Virus record (IMG/VR): IMGVR_UViG_3300034012_000235
Span: 1 to 58,209 of that record
From: a virus
Lineage: Duplodnaviria; Caudoviricetes
Strand: one strand, 5' to 3'
DNA: 58,209 nucleotides
A model generated the notes under the pieces. The model was given only the letters and a program-made list of their open reading frames with translations. It did no database searches and had not been told where the DNA came from. Both the position numbers and the translations under genes were made by a program. Shown here piece after piece: positions 34,524 to 45,400 of the stretch (position 1 is its first letter; each line of letters opens with the position of its first letter).

Positions 34524-35262
34524 AGAGACGTCTCAAACAGGCCACTGGTATTCCAGAAACGGAGAACCTACCTACACAATCTTGGGGAAGAACGGGAAGA
34601 TCCGCAACACAACGCTCAGAGACGCTAGGGAATTCAACCTCGTCCCCAGTGTCACCACGATCCTGAACGTGGCTGCAAAGCCTGCTCTGACGAAGTGGTT
34701 GCAGACTCAGGTTCTGCTGGCTGCGCTGACTCTTCCGAAGATCGACAACGAGTCAGAGGACGACTACATCGAGCGAATCCTTGAGGACTCCAAAGCTCAA
34801 GGTCGCGCAGCAGCAGATGCAGGCACTGACATCCACGCCTCGATACAGGGCTTCTACGAGGGTCAGGGGCATGGCAGGCATGAACCCCATGTCATCGCCT
34901 GTAAAGAGGCTCTAGAGGGCTTCTACGGCCCCCAGGAGTGGGTTGCTGAAAGATCCTTCGCCCATGAACTTGGGTACGGCGGGAAGGTTGACCTTCATGC
35001 CTCCAACATCGTGGTTGATGTGAAGACCAAAGACTTCACTGATCCCGCGAAAGTGGATGCTTACGAGGAGAATTTGATGCAGCTATCGGCCTATCGTGTA
35101 GGTCTTGGCATGCCTGACGCAAGATGCGCAAACATCTTCGTGTCTAGGTCCGTCCCAGGCTTGGTAACGATGCGTCATTGGACGCAAGAAGAACTACAAA
35201 AGGGGTTCTTGATGTTCACCAAACTTTTGGAATTCTGGCAACTGAGGAGTGACTACAAGTGA
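34510..35262 (+). CDS. PD-(D/E)XK exonuclease-like protein
   Basis: PSVTTIL...GTDIH...YGGKVDL...DVKT...QLSAY. Confidence 0.8.
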   Translation: MLTAKETSQTGHWYSRNGEPTYTILGKNGKIRNTTLRDAREFNLVPSVTTILNVAAKPALTKWLQTQVLLAALTLPKIDNESEDDYIERILEDSKAQGRAAADAGTDIHASIQGFYEGQGHGRHEPHVIACKEALEGFYGPQEWVAERSFAHELGYGGKVDLHASNIVVDVKTKDFTDPAKVDAYEENLMQLSAYRVGLGMPDARCANIFVSRSVPGLVTMRHWTQEELQKGFLMFTKLLEFWQLRSDYK

Positions 35263-35474
35263 AACAAGTATCCGCATTCGCTACTGCAGACGGCAAACTG
35301 TTTGAGTCTGCAGAGCAAGCTCATAGGCATGAGTTCATGCTGGCCCGAGAAGACACGGTCAACGAATTCATCACAAGTCAGTCGAACAACTACAAGTCGA
35401 TTGCTCAACGGGCCATCGTCAAGAACACCATCCTCAACTGGGAACTCTGGAAGATTCGCAATGACATTGAGTGA
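35259..35474 (+). CDS. Hypothetical protein
   Basis: AFATADGKLFES...A..HE; GAGGAG SD. Confidence 0.65.
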   Translation: MKQVSAFATADGKLFESAEQAHRHEFMLAREDTVNEFITSQSNNYKSIAQRAIVKNTILNWELWKIRNDIE

Positions 35475-35679
35475 CGACCTCATCAAACAAATCTACTTCT
35501 ACACAGACTCTTTGAACCCCAAGGGGCCGGTAGGAGAAGTAGACATCCTAGATTTCGGCCGCAAGATCGAGGCGGTGTGCAGGATTCAGCACGCAAAAGA
35601 AGAACATACTCGCTGCGTAGAAATCGTCTCGCACATGAATAAGGAAGTCGCCAAAGCTCTGGAGAATCAGCGCCCATAA
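35461..35679 (+). CDS. Hypothetical protein
   Basis: MTLSDDLIKQIYFY...; last gene of the plus-strand operon. Confidence 0.6.
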   Translation: MTLSDDLIKQIYFYTDSLNPKGPVGEVDILDFGRKIEAVCRIQHAKEEHTRCVEIVSHMNKEVAKALENQRP

Positions 35680-35709
35680 AAAACCCCCACCCCGGTGAAA
35701 GGGTGGGGG
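35678..35709 (-). terminator. Intrinsic terminator of the late (minus-strand) transcript
   Basis: CCCCCACCC/GGGTGGGGG 9-bp stem followed by U6 on the minus strand, at the convergent gene boundary. Confidence 0.8.
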
Positions 35710-35767
35710 AACATACCGCTAAATTGGCAACTGCGGTAATTCAGGCGGGAGACGCAGCCTGAATTCT

Positions 35768-36967
35768 TTACGGGCGGGACATCCTGAATGATGGCCGCGA
35801 AGCCTCTACCATCTCTTGGTAAGTGGCTTCCGGCATCTTTGGTGCTTCCCGCATTTTCCGACGACCGGCCGCAATCAGCGGAGGAATGGTCGCCATCGGA
35901 ATTCCTACTGGTGCCGTAGCAGGGTGAAGGGAAAGCCCAGTACCCAAAGTACCAATCCCACGAAGAGCGATATCAGCATAGTCTGGTCTTTCCTTGGCAA
36001 GCTCTTCCTGAATAGCGCCTACGTCTGTACCCATGCTGTAGCCAGCAAGAGGATAGGAAAGCACCGGCAGTGCTCTTGCTACTCCACCAATGGCACTGGA
36101 TGCTTTAGTGCCTGTCTCAGCCATCTTGCGGAATAGCTGGGTCACTTCTTCCAGAGCCCCTGCAGGCTTAGGCGTTGTGGGAATAGGCTGAGTAGGAGGC
36201 AGCGGTCTTACAGGGCCACCTTGAGGCTGAACGTACTGTGCCCGCGGACCTCCACCGACAGAAGGCTCAGGCGTCATCAAGCCCCCATACCTAGGGTTCT
36301 CAATGAACCTGTCGCTGGGGAACCTCTCTGACAGCAGGTTCATCGCTTCTCGCCGTTGCGTAGTCAGATCATGAACCCCGCCAGCCTGCTTGGTCATGTC
36401 CGTGGCACGCTGCGCCTCGATGTCCGTCAGACCAAACGCCTTTCCATAGTTCTGTACCGCAGAACCACCAGCAGGAGGACGGAGAGGAGCACCACCAGCA
36501 GGCTGATTCACCGGAGCACCACTCGGACCCAGAATGCTCGGGGCAGCAACAGGAGGAGCGACAGGAGGAGCAGCGGGCCTTGCCGCGGCAGGCGCTGTCC
36601 TAGCAACACCCTGCGCAGCACCCTGAGCGCCCTTCTCCAGAATTGATGCCGGCCCCATCTTGCGGGATTCAAGCACTCCAGCAAGGAGGCCTGCCCCAGC
36701 ACCAGCAACACCTGGGCTCATGGCCTCAAGCTCTTGCTTCGCCATCCCCTTGAGTTCATCCACCTTGCTAGGAAGAGCTTCTGGAGCAGGTTCTTCAGCA
36801 GGCTCAGGTTTGGCGTCAATCTCTCGCCCCGGCAGCTTGCCAGTCTTCTTGGCTTGATACTCTAAGTAAGCAAGTTTCTGCTTCGCCTCTTCGCTCAGGC
36901 CCTCTGGTGCCATGAACTCGATTCGCGTGCCGTCTGGAGCCGTAGCTCGATAAAGTTTGTTTGCCAT
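35768..36967 (-). CDS. Putative internal virion / ejection protein
   Basis: Ala/Gly/Pro-rich with hydrophobic Gly-rich helices; last gene of the ejection cluster. Confidence 0.55.
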   Translation of the reverse strand: MANKLYRATAPDGTRIEFMAPEGLSEEAKQKLAYLEYQAKKTGKLPGREIDAKPEPAEEPAPEALPSKVDELKGMAKQELEAMSPGVAGAGAGLLAGVLESRKMGPASILEKGAQGAAQGVARTAPAAARPAAPPVAPPVAAPSILGPSGAPVNQPAGGAPLRPPAGGSAVQNYGKAFGLTDIEAQRATDMTKQAGGVHDLTTQRREAMNLLSERFPSDRFIENPRYGGLMTPEPSVGGGPRAQYVQPQGGPVRPLPPTQPIPTTPKPAGALEEVTQLFRKMAETGTKASSAIGGVARALPVLSYPLAGYSMGTDVGAIQEELAKERPDYADIALRGIGTLGTGLSLHPATAPVGIPMATIPPLIAAGRRKMREAPKMPEATYQEMVEASRPSFRMSRP

Positions 36968-36977
36968 GTTTCAGACC

Positions 36978-38480
36978 TTAATCAAACTTGAACTTAGGCT
37001 GTTGCCCTGGCTTTCCAGGCGTTCCAGGCATCGAGGGAACAGGCATAGTCTCTAGCAACTTAGCCAGCTTGGCATCGTAGTCAGATACCAGCTTGTCGTA
37101 CTCGTCAGACCTCTTGAACTCGCTGACGCTGCGGTATCTGTCTTTGGATTCTTCCCAAAGTCTGGCAATTTGCCTTTCAACCTGACCCCGCGCAATCAGT
37201 GCTTTTGCTTTCATCTGCAATGTTGCAGGCGTGTCTTCACTTGTCATTGCAGTAGCAGCAAACAGCCTGCGCTCAAAGTCAGACACTTGGCCTTGACCCT
37301 TAGCCAGTTGTGATGCTTCTAGCTGAGACTGAGCAAACAGCATCGCCCCGTACTGATACCGAGCGATCTCTTGAGGAGTCAGCTTCATGTTCCGCAAGAC
37401 ATCCTGAATCACTGGAATACCAATAGAGTAGTCTCCTACCCTTGCTGCGTTCTCAGCTATCTTTGCAAGCTGAGAAGTCCAACTTGGGTTGTTCAAGATA
37501 CCAAACATCCGCGATGCAGCAGGATCTTCAGCAAGCGTTAGGACTTGATTGCCTACCCTGATTCTTTCTCCTGCCTGATTTCCACGGGTGATAATCTCTT
37601 TTCGCAGTTCCGTCTCTGTCTTGGCTTCGTCTTCCGCAATGATCTTGCCGCGCCCGCGCTCCTGCTCAAGCTCTTCCGCAGAAGCGATTCGTGACGTACC
37701 TGTAGGACCCTTGACTATGCGGTCTGCAAGACTCTTGTAGCCTGCAGCATCACCAGAACGCTCAAGCGCTGCAAGGCGCATGGCGTCTTCTTGCGATACC
37801 GGATAAGTCCCTGAATAGCCACGAATCTGGATGTTGACTTGCTCGGCTTTCGGGACAGGGAAAGCTCTTCCTGCACCGTAGTCGAAGACATAGCCCTCTT
37901 TTGTCTCACGCTGCTTGCGTGAGTAGTCATCCCACTCCTTTAGCGCCTGCCCAAGAGGTTTGCCTTCCATCTGAGCATTACGCAAGAACTGCTCTCTGGT
38001 CATTGACAGAGGCATCGGGGGAGCTATCTGAAACCCTTGCGGTTCGGCAGCAGCAGGAGGAGCGCCAGGAGGAACTGCCCCAGCGGGCGCAGCAGGAGCA
38101 CCACCGGGAGCACCAGCGGGAGAAGCAGCGCTAGGAGCATTTAGTCCAGGCTTGAGAGCTTGCTCATACGCCTGCGACATCTGTTTCTGACGCTCAAGCT
38201 GCATGCCTTGCTGGGCAAGACTCAACTGAGCTTGGGCAAGCGCCTGATCTTCCTTAGCCCGCGTCTCTTCTGCGCCCCGCAGCTTCCCCGCGGCCATCCC
38301 CAGAGACTCTCCGAATCCACCAGTACGGGTAGGGGCCAAGAAGCCTTCAGCCATCGCAAGCAGAGCAGGATCAAACATCCTGTTCTTTCTCGCATCCAGC
38401 GACTGCATCACCCGATCAAGAGCCTCTTGGTACTTCCTTTGAGACTCTTCATCAGGAGCGTAGATTGCTTTATCAGCCAT
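36978..38480 (-). CDS. Putative internal virion / ejection protein
   Basis: GFLAPTRTGGFGESLG, helical body, GQVSDFER; ejection-cluster position. Confidence 0.6.
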   Translation of the reverse strand: MADKAIYAPDEESQRKYQEALDRVMQSLDARKNRMFDPALLAMAEGFLAPTRTGGFGESLGMAAGKLRGAEETRAKEDQALAQAQLSLAQQGMQLERQKQMSQAYEQALKPGLNAPSAASPAGAPGGAPAAPAGAVPPGAPPAAAEPQGFQIAPPMPLSMTREQFLRNAQMEGKPLGQALKEWDDYSRKQRETKEGYVFDYGAGRAFPVPKAEQVNIQIRGYSGTYPVSQEDAMRLAALERSGDAAGYKSLADRIVKGPTGTSRIASAEELEQERGRGKIIAEDEAKTETELRKEIITRGNQAGERIRVGNQVLTLAEDPAASRMFGILNNPSWTSQLAKIAENAARVGDYSIGIPVIQDVLRNMKLTPQEIARYQYGAMLFAQSQLEASQLAKGQGQVSDFERRLFAATAMTSEDTPATLQMKAKALIARGQVERQIARLWEESKDRYRSVSEFKRSDEYDKLVSDYDAKLAKLLETMPVPSMPGTPGKPGQQPKFKFD

Positions 38481-38492
38481 GTTTGCCTCTTA

Positions 38493-39497
38493 TCAATCGC
38501 CGGGTTCGCCGTAATCGTACACAGGGTTGGATGTGTCCGGAGGCGTATAAATATCTCTTCCTCGACTTGGGTCGCTATATGCTCTCGTAATCAACTCTGC
38601 GGTTTCTTGTGGCGTAGCGGTTCCACTTGTAATCTTTGACCACAGTGACTGCAGTCGATCACCAGCAGTACCAGCGGTAGCAGAACCAAGCACACCCAGC
38701 AATCCAGTTGCAGTGGCAAGCGGAGACGTTTGATATGCACCAGCCTCCGGTCCAACAAACTTCTGCACGTTAGAGATGGGGACTTGATAGCCCCGCATCA
38801 AACCGGCCACGTTGGCAGCTTGAGTCAATGGGTAATCAAGCATGCTCTGCTGGTACTTCTGACGCTCTGCTCCTGCCTTCGTCATGGCTTGAGCACCCGT
38901 CAACCCGAGTTCTTGCTCTTTGCCAGCAATCTCCGATTGAGCCCTCGATGCGGCAGTCTGACCCGTCATCTCATCGATTGCAGCCTTCAGAGCACCTTCG
39001 TATCCCTTCGAGAGAGCACCGTACTGCTGGCCCGTCAGGTTAGATTGAACATCCGCCATCGACTGCCCTAGGGCTCCAGCGTAGCGCTGACTGCCAAGAC
39101 CACCAGAACCTACAAAACCAGCTTTCAGGGAGGGGAGCAAGTTACGTTGGACGTTCTGCTGGCTCAACCTCGCCATCTCATCCACCACATTTGTGGTGTA
39201 CGGATTCATCAACGCAGAGATACGCTCAGGAGTAATGCCTTGCGCAGCAGATGCAGCAGTCTGCCCCGCAGCAGTCAGCCCAGGCTGATACGCTTTGGCA
39301 GCGTCTGGGATGGCTCCATACCCTTGAGTCTGCAGAGGATCATATGCAGCGATCCCTTGCTCTGGAGTTCTACCAAGAGCCGACTGCCCCGTCTGGGACA
39401 GTTGCGTCAGGTAGTTGGTGTAGTAATCCGGCGCCGTCTGGGTGGTCGTCGTCGTCTTGGTGATATCCGGCAGCGGAGCGCCTTGGGTGATACTCAT
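38493..39497 (-). CDS. Putative ejection / pilot protein
   Basis: MNPYTTNVVD, GGLGSQR, Gln/Ala/Gly-rich; follows the giant gene. Confidence 0.6.
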   Translation of the reverse strand: MSITQGAPLPDITKTTTTTQTAPDYYTNYLTQLSQTGQSALGRTPEQGIAAYDPLQTQGYGAIPDAAKAYQPGLTAAGQTAASAAQGITPERISALMNPYTTNVVDEMARLSQQNVQRNLLPSLKAGFVGSGGLGSQRYAGALGQSMADVQSNLTGQQYGALSKGYEGALKAAIDEMTGQTAASRAQSEIAGKEQELGLTGAQAMTKAGAERQKYQQSMLDYPLTQAANVAGLMRGYQVPISNVQKFVGPEAGAYQTSPLATATGLLGVLGSATAGTAGDRLQSLWSKITSGTATPQETAELITRAYSDPSRGRDIYTPPDTSNPVYDYGEPGD

Positions 39498-39499
39498 GT

Positions 39500-42400
39500 T
39501 TAACCCCTAGCAGACTTTTGCTTGCTGGTCTTCTTGAGGTACTCAAGAGGCGACTTGGCAGGCGGTGGGAGATCCTTCGGACCAGACGACCTCGCGTGAG
39601 CACGGATGGAGTGCATCATGTCGTAGAGTTTATCTGATCCAGCCTTCGTTGATCCATTTCCTAATGCAGCAACTACGTCTGCAGGAAACACAAATTCACC
39701 ATCGGCCAGCATCGCAGGAATGTCGTCAGACTGCCCATCCCCAGGACCAGTCACTGCATCCCCGTGGCGGAAGTCAACACGGGCCTTGCCTGAGTGGTGA
39801 ACCACATTCAATCCACCCTTCGCGTACTTGCCGTATCGGGTTCCACCGCCAGAAGCAAACAGCGGAGTCGCAAGTCCACCAGCCTTGAATCCAAACGGAC
39901 TCTGCTGCTCTTGTGACTTGTTCTCTCCATACGGATCGAGCAGAGCATCGATGCTGGTCTCTTTCCCGTATGCGTAGCGGTCAGGCTGAGTTTGTTGTTG
40001 CTGCTGCGGTGCCATAGTGGTTTGCTGCTGTGTAGATGGAGTGAAATCACCCTTCTCGACCTGCGAGAAGAATGCTGCCAAGGGGCCAAGGAACTTAGAT
40101 TGCCCAGATGTTTGAAGCGGAGAGACAGTAGGCGCAGCTTGTGTTTTGGACGGACCCGCTGCAGGCTGCAGCATCTCCAAGCCAGTCTGACGCCGCTGCA
40201 GAGCTAGTCGTGCCGCCTTGTCTTTTTCTTCGTCAGCTATACGCTGACGCTCCATCTGCTGAAGCTGCCCAGTCAGATCCGTTTTCAGGCCAGAAATTTC
40301 GCCAAACAAACCAGTCGGCGCCCACCGGCTTCCGGGAGCAAACTCAGGAGGCTCACCACTACCCGTAGTCGCTCTATTGAGGAAGTCGTAATCAGACTGG
40401 TCGATCTTCCCGTCACGGTTAACGTCATACGTTAAGTCAGGGGCCGTTGTGACTTCACCCTTGATAACACTGTTGACGTAATCTAGATCGGCTTGGGTAA
40501 CTGCTTGTGCAGGTTTGCCAAGCAACGTAGACGCCTCGTCAATCTGCTTCTGAAGCGCAGTTTGACCACTTGTGATTTGTCCAGAAAGTTGAGTCTTGGC
40601 CTCAGTGATCTGGCCTTGAAGATTCTGAGCAGTAGTGCCCAGTTGAGTAGCAACATCTCCAATAGCGCGAGACAGCGCCTGATCCCGAGACAGACCCTGA
40701 GCCTCATACTCCGAAGCCCTGGTATTGATCCTAGCCTCAGCATCAGACAGAGCCGTCCCCAGCCCTTCTAGGCCGGTCGTAATCTGTTGCCCTAATGCAG
40801 TCTGAGACGCCTCGATCTCTGCCCGCAGATCGGAAGCGGTAGCCCCAAGCTGGGACAGAATGTCAGCCCTGCTCGTACCAAGATCAGTTGCAACCTGAGT
40901 CAATCCGGCCTGGATCGCCTGATACCGAGTGAGACCCCGAGCTTCTGCTGCGGCAATCGCATCATTCAGGCGACTCTCGGTGGAGGTGATCTGCTGACCA
41001 AGTGTCTGTTGAGAGGCTTGGATCTCTGAGCTAAGAGCAGACTGCGTTTGACCAAGTTGAGTCAACAGATCCTGGCGAGTAGTTCCCAGGTCAGATGCGA
41101 CTTGATCAAGACCAGACTGGATGGCCTGATCTCGCGTCATGCCACGCGCTTCTGCCGCGGCAATTGCTTGAGTCAGGCGCTGCTCAGTAGACTCAATCTG
41201 CTGGCCCAGAGCCGTCTGAGAAGCCTCGATCTCTCCACGAAGGGTAGATTCAGTCGTCCCAATCTGGCTGATCAAATCGGCCTTGGTCGTCCCAAGATCC
41301 GCAGCTACCGTGTTCAGCGCAGACTGCAGAGCTTGATCTCTGCTCATGCCACTGGCTTCCGCCGCGGCAATTGCGCTTTGCAGTCTTGACTCGACATCGC
41401 CCAGTTGCGATGTGAACTGCGACCTGAGAGCCTGCTCTGTGGTACCCAATTGAGTCAGCAGATCCGCCTTGGTAGTACCAAGATCAGAAGCCACAGAGTT
41501 GATTGCAGCAGTGATCGCTTGGTCACGGCTCATCCCCGCAGCTTCTGCGGCAGCAATGGCACTGGAGAGCCGCTGCTCTACATTGCCAATCTGCGTTTCA
41601 ACGCCGCCCAACCCGGCTTGAAGCTCTTGCCTGAGAGTCTGTTCAGACTTGCCGATCTGACCTAGAAGGTCATTCTTCGTGACGCCCAGGTCAGAAGCTA
41701 CTGAATCAATTGCCGCTGTCAGAGCCTGATCTCTGCTCAACCCAGAGGCTTCTGCGGCAGCTATGGCATCTTGCAGGCGCTTCTCTACGCCCGTCAATTC
41801 TTTTCTGACGCCACCAAGCTCAGTAGCAAATTGAGTGCGCAGCGTTTCTTCGCTCTTGCCAATCTGAGACAACAAGTCCGTCTTGGCAATTCCAAGATCG
41901 CCAGCTACTGCTTGGATCGCTGCATCTAGTGCAGCATCACCTTGCAATCCTGCCGCCTTGGCATCAGCAATAGCCTGAGTAAGCCGCGTCTCTACGCCGC
42001 CCAGTTCTTCCCTTACTCCGCCAAGTTCAGTTGCAAAGTCAGTACGAAGAGTTTGCTCCGTCTTCCCAATCTGACCAAGCAACGATTCTTTGGTAACACC
42101 AAGGTCAGCCGCAACTGACTGAATGGCTTGATTCAGCGCAGCATCACCAGCCAACCCTGAAGCCTTGGCCGCTGCAATTGCGTCCTGTAGGCGGGTTTCT
42201 ACGTTCCCAATCTCAGTAGTGACAGCACCTAATTGGGTTGAGAAGTCAGTTCTAAGTTGTTCTTCTGTCTTGCCAATTTGACCCAGCAAGTCCTGCTTGG
42301 TAGTGCCAAGCTCCGAGGATACCGAGTTAATCGCAGCTTGAAGTGCCGCATCGCCTTGTAGCCCTGATGCTTTGGCTGCAGCAATAGCCGCAGTGAGTCT

Positions 42401-45400
42401 GGACTCAACATTGCCAAGCTCTGCAGTAACTCCACCCAGTTGCGTAGAGAACTCAGTCCGCAACGCAGCTTCAGTAGTACCAAGCTGAGACAGCAGGTTC
42501 TCGCGGGTAGTTCCAAGATCACCGGCAACGCTCTGAATTGCCGCCTGCAAAGCAGCATCACCCTGAAGCCCAGAAGCCTTAGCAGCATCAATGGCCGCGG
42601 TAAGTCGAGACTCGACGTTCCCAAGTTCAGCTTGAACCTGACCCAGTTGTGTAGAGAAGTCTGTCCTGAGTTGCGTCTCAGTCTTCCCAAGCTGGCCCAA
42701 CAGGGCTTCCTTGGTGGTCCCCAATTCAGAGGACACAGAGTTGATCGCCGCTTGCAGTGCAGCATCACCTTGCAGGCCAGACGCCTTGGCGGCATCAATT
42801 GCAGCACTCAGTCGTGTCTCTACATTGCCGAGTTCAGTAGTTACAGCACCCAGTTGCGTAGCAAAGTCGGACCTGAGTTGAGTTTCGGTCTTCCCGATCT
42901 GCCCCAGCAGAGCTTCTCTGGTCGTTCCGAGATCGCCAGCAACAGACTCAATAGCCGCATTCAGCGCAGCATCTCCAGCAAGCCCGCTTGTCTTAGCTGC
43001 CTCGATGGCAGTATTCAGCCTTATCTCTACGTTGCCAAGTTCGGTAGTAACCGCGCCGAGTTGAGTAGAGAAGTCACTACGCAACTGCGCTTCTGTTTTA
43101 CCGATTTGGCCGAGCAATGCCTCCTTACTGGTGCCCAGATCCGCCGCAACTGCACTAATCGCAGATTGCAACGCAGCATCACTCGACATCCCTTGAGACT
43201 TCGCAGATTCAATAGCTGCGGTCAGTCGGCCTTCAACATTGCCAAGCTCTGTACTGATGGAACCCAGTTGCGTAGCGAATTCAGTACGCAGTTGGTTTTC
43301 AGTCTTTCCAATCTGGCCTAACAGAACCTCTCTGCTGGTCCCCAAATCAATCGCAACAGCGTCAATTGCGGACTGCAGGGCTACATCACCTTGCAGACCT
43401 TCGGCCTTAGCAGACTCAATAGCAGCAGTAAGCCTTGACTCCATTGCTGGATCAACGCCACCAGTAGCCAGTTGGTTAATCTTCTGCGCCAAAGAGTTAT
43501 ATCGCGCCGTATCAAGAGACTCTGCAGCCTTCCCGCTTAGGTCAGCCTCCAAGTATTTGCCGACCAGCGCCTGGACATCTGCCTCCGTGGGATCAGGCAA
43601 TCCAAGCTGCCTATACGCTTCGCGCACTTCTTCAGCAGCAACCACCAACGGATCAGCAAAGCTCTCAACAGCAGTTTTGGTAGATGCTTCAATGGGATTC
43701 GCAGTTGTGGCAACGAAGCGATTGATCTCTTCTTGTGTGGGATTGGTGTACCCAACTGCCTCAAGCATCGCACGGGCTTCTGCCTCCGTGACCTGACGCT
43801 CACCCACATAAGTTTGAGTGCGTCCTCCAAGCTCAGACTCTGCATACTGACCAACAAACTGATCCGCCGCTTGTAATGCAAGTTCAGGCGTGTAGCCAGC
43901 AGCGATAAGACTATCAACCGCCTCTTGGCGCATCACAGCCAGCGGATCTGCAAACTGTCGCGTCAGTGTTTCAGCCTCCGATTGATCTCTTTGACCAATA
44001 AAGTCAGCCGCCTGCTCATCTGTCAGCGTGACGCCCTGCTGCGCTGCAGCAGCCTTGACTTCTTGAATATCGATGTAGTTGCGGTCTACGTAGTTAGATA
44101 CCGCTGCAACCAAATCTGCTTCGCTCTTGACCCCAGCGAATGACTCAATGGTCTGCGTGTCAGGATTGAAGTAGCCATACTGCTTAAACGCATCAGCGGC
44201 TTCTTTGGTCGTGACGGCAGCATCATCAAACTTGACATCAACCGCAGTCGCAAGATCGGAACCTTGAAGACCAAGGCTCTGCAAGTTCTGCGTTAGCGTT
44301 TGCGCGTCAGGCGATTGCGTGACAGACAAGGCAATATTGCCAATGTCTGCGTTGTCGTAGCCAGTGCCAGCAAGGTTATCAAGATTGGTCTTGTAGGCCG
44401 TCAGGCTGAAGTTGGGGTCCGCAGTGGCAACATCAGCCACGCGGCTGAGATCGCTTAGCGATACCTGAGCATCGCCAACCTTCGCCGTGATGGCATCAAA
44501 GTTAAACGATCCCGGCTGGATCTGTTTAACTCCGCTCAGATACTCACTGAGGGTGACAACATTGCCGTTTACATCACGGGCAACGGGCAGGTTTTGGCTG
44601 ATCGCACTCGGTGCCATCAAGCCGCTGGCAACACCCATCTCCAAGATGCCGCCAATTGCTCCGGCGTTACGAGACTGCTGCCAGTCCACTTGGCCGAAGG
44701 AGTTGTACTGCATGGAAGCGTTCTCAACGAACTCGCTTCCCCAGCCCTCGGCGTACTGCTTGGCTGCCATACCAGCAAACTGAGGGGCGGTGATCTTGCC
44801 CACATCCCCCATGAACGTCTTGACCAAAGACGCATCTGCGACACCAGATAACAAGCCAGCAGCCAGCGCACCTTGAGCGCCCGCCTTCCAGCCTTGTGTC
44901 ATTGCTTGGTCGTGCGTTCCACCTTGCTTGCGGATGTTGTCGTAGGTCTCGCCAAAGTTGGCACCAAAAGACTCTGCGCCGTTTAAGAAGACGTTGGTTC
45001 CAGTTGCTGTTGCGTATGCAAGACCCTTACCTGCGACACCCAAAGCCAGACGGCCCATGCCGCCAGATGCAAGCAAAAGAGGTATTTCCTGTACGCCCTC
45101 TTTGCCCAGCATGGTCAAAGCGCCAGCAGGGTTATCGGCAATAGCCTTAACTGTTGCGCCTAGCGTGCCCCAAACACCCTTTGCGTCCGAGATGGATTTG
45201 AGGATGTTTTCTTCTTGCTGCTTGGTGCCGGCAGATTGGATGCTTGATCCGTACTCTGATACCTTTTTTGCAGCTTGTGCCGCAGCGTTGTCCCTGCTTA
45301 CAAGCCCAGTAGCAAAAGCCGCATCACTGAATATCTTGACCAGTTCTCCAGTACCTTGCAATGTCACAGACACCGCATCTACCAATCCTTGCTTCTGTCC

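Noticed and set aside
42440-43321. 293-aa plus-strand ORF
   Set aside because: Antisense shadow of the repetitive giant gene; no RBS or recognisable motif.
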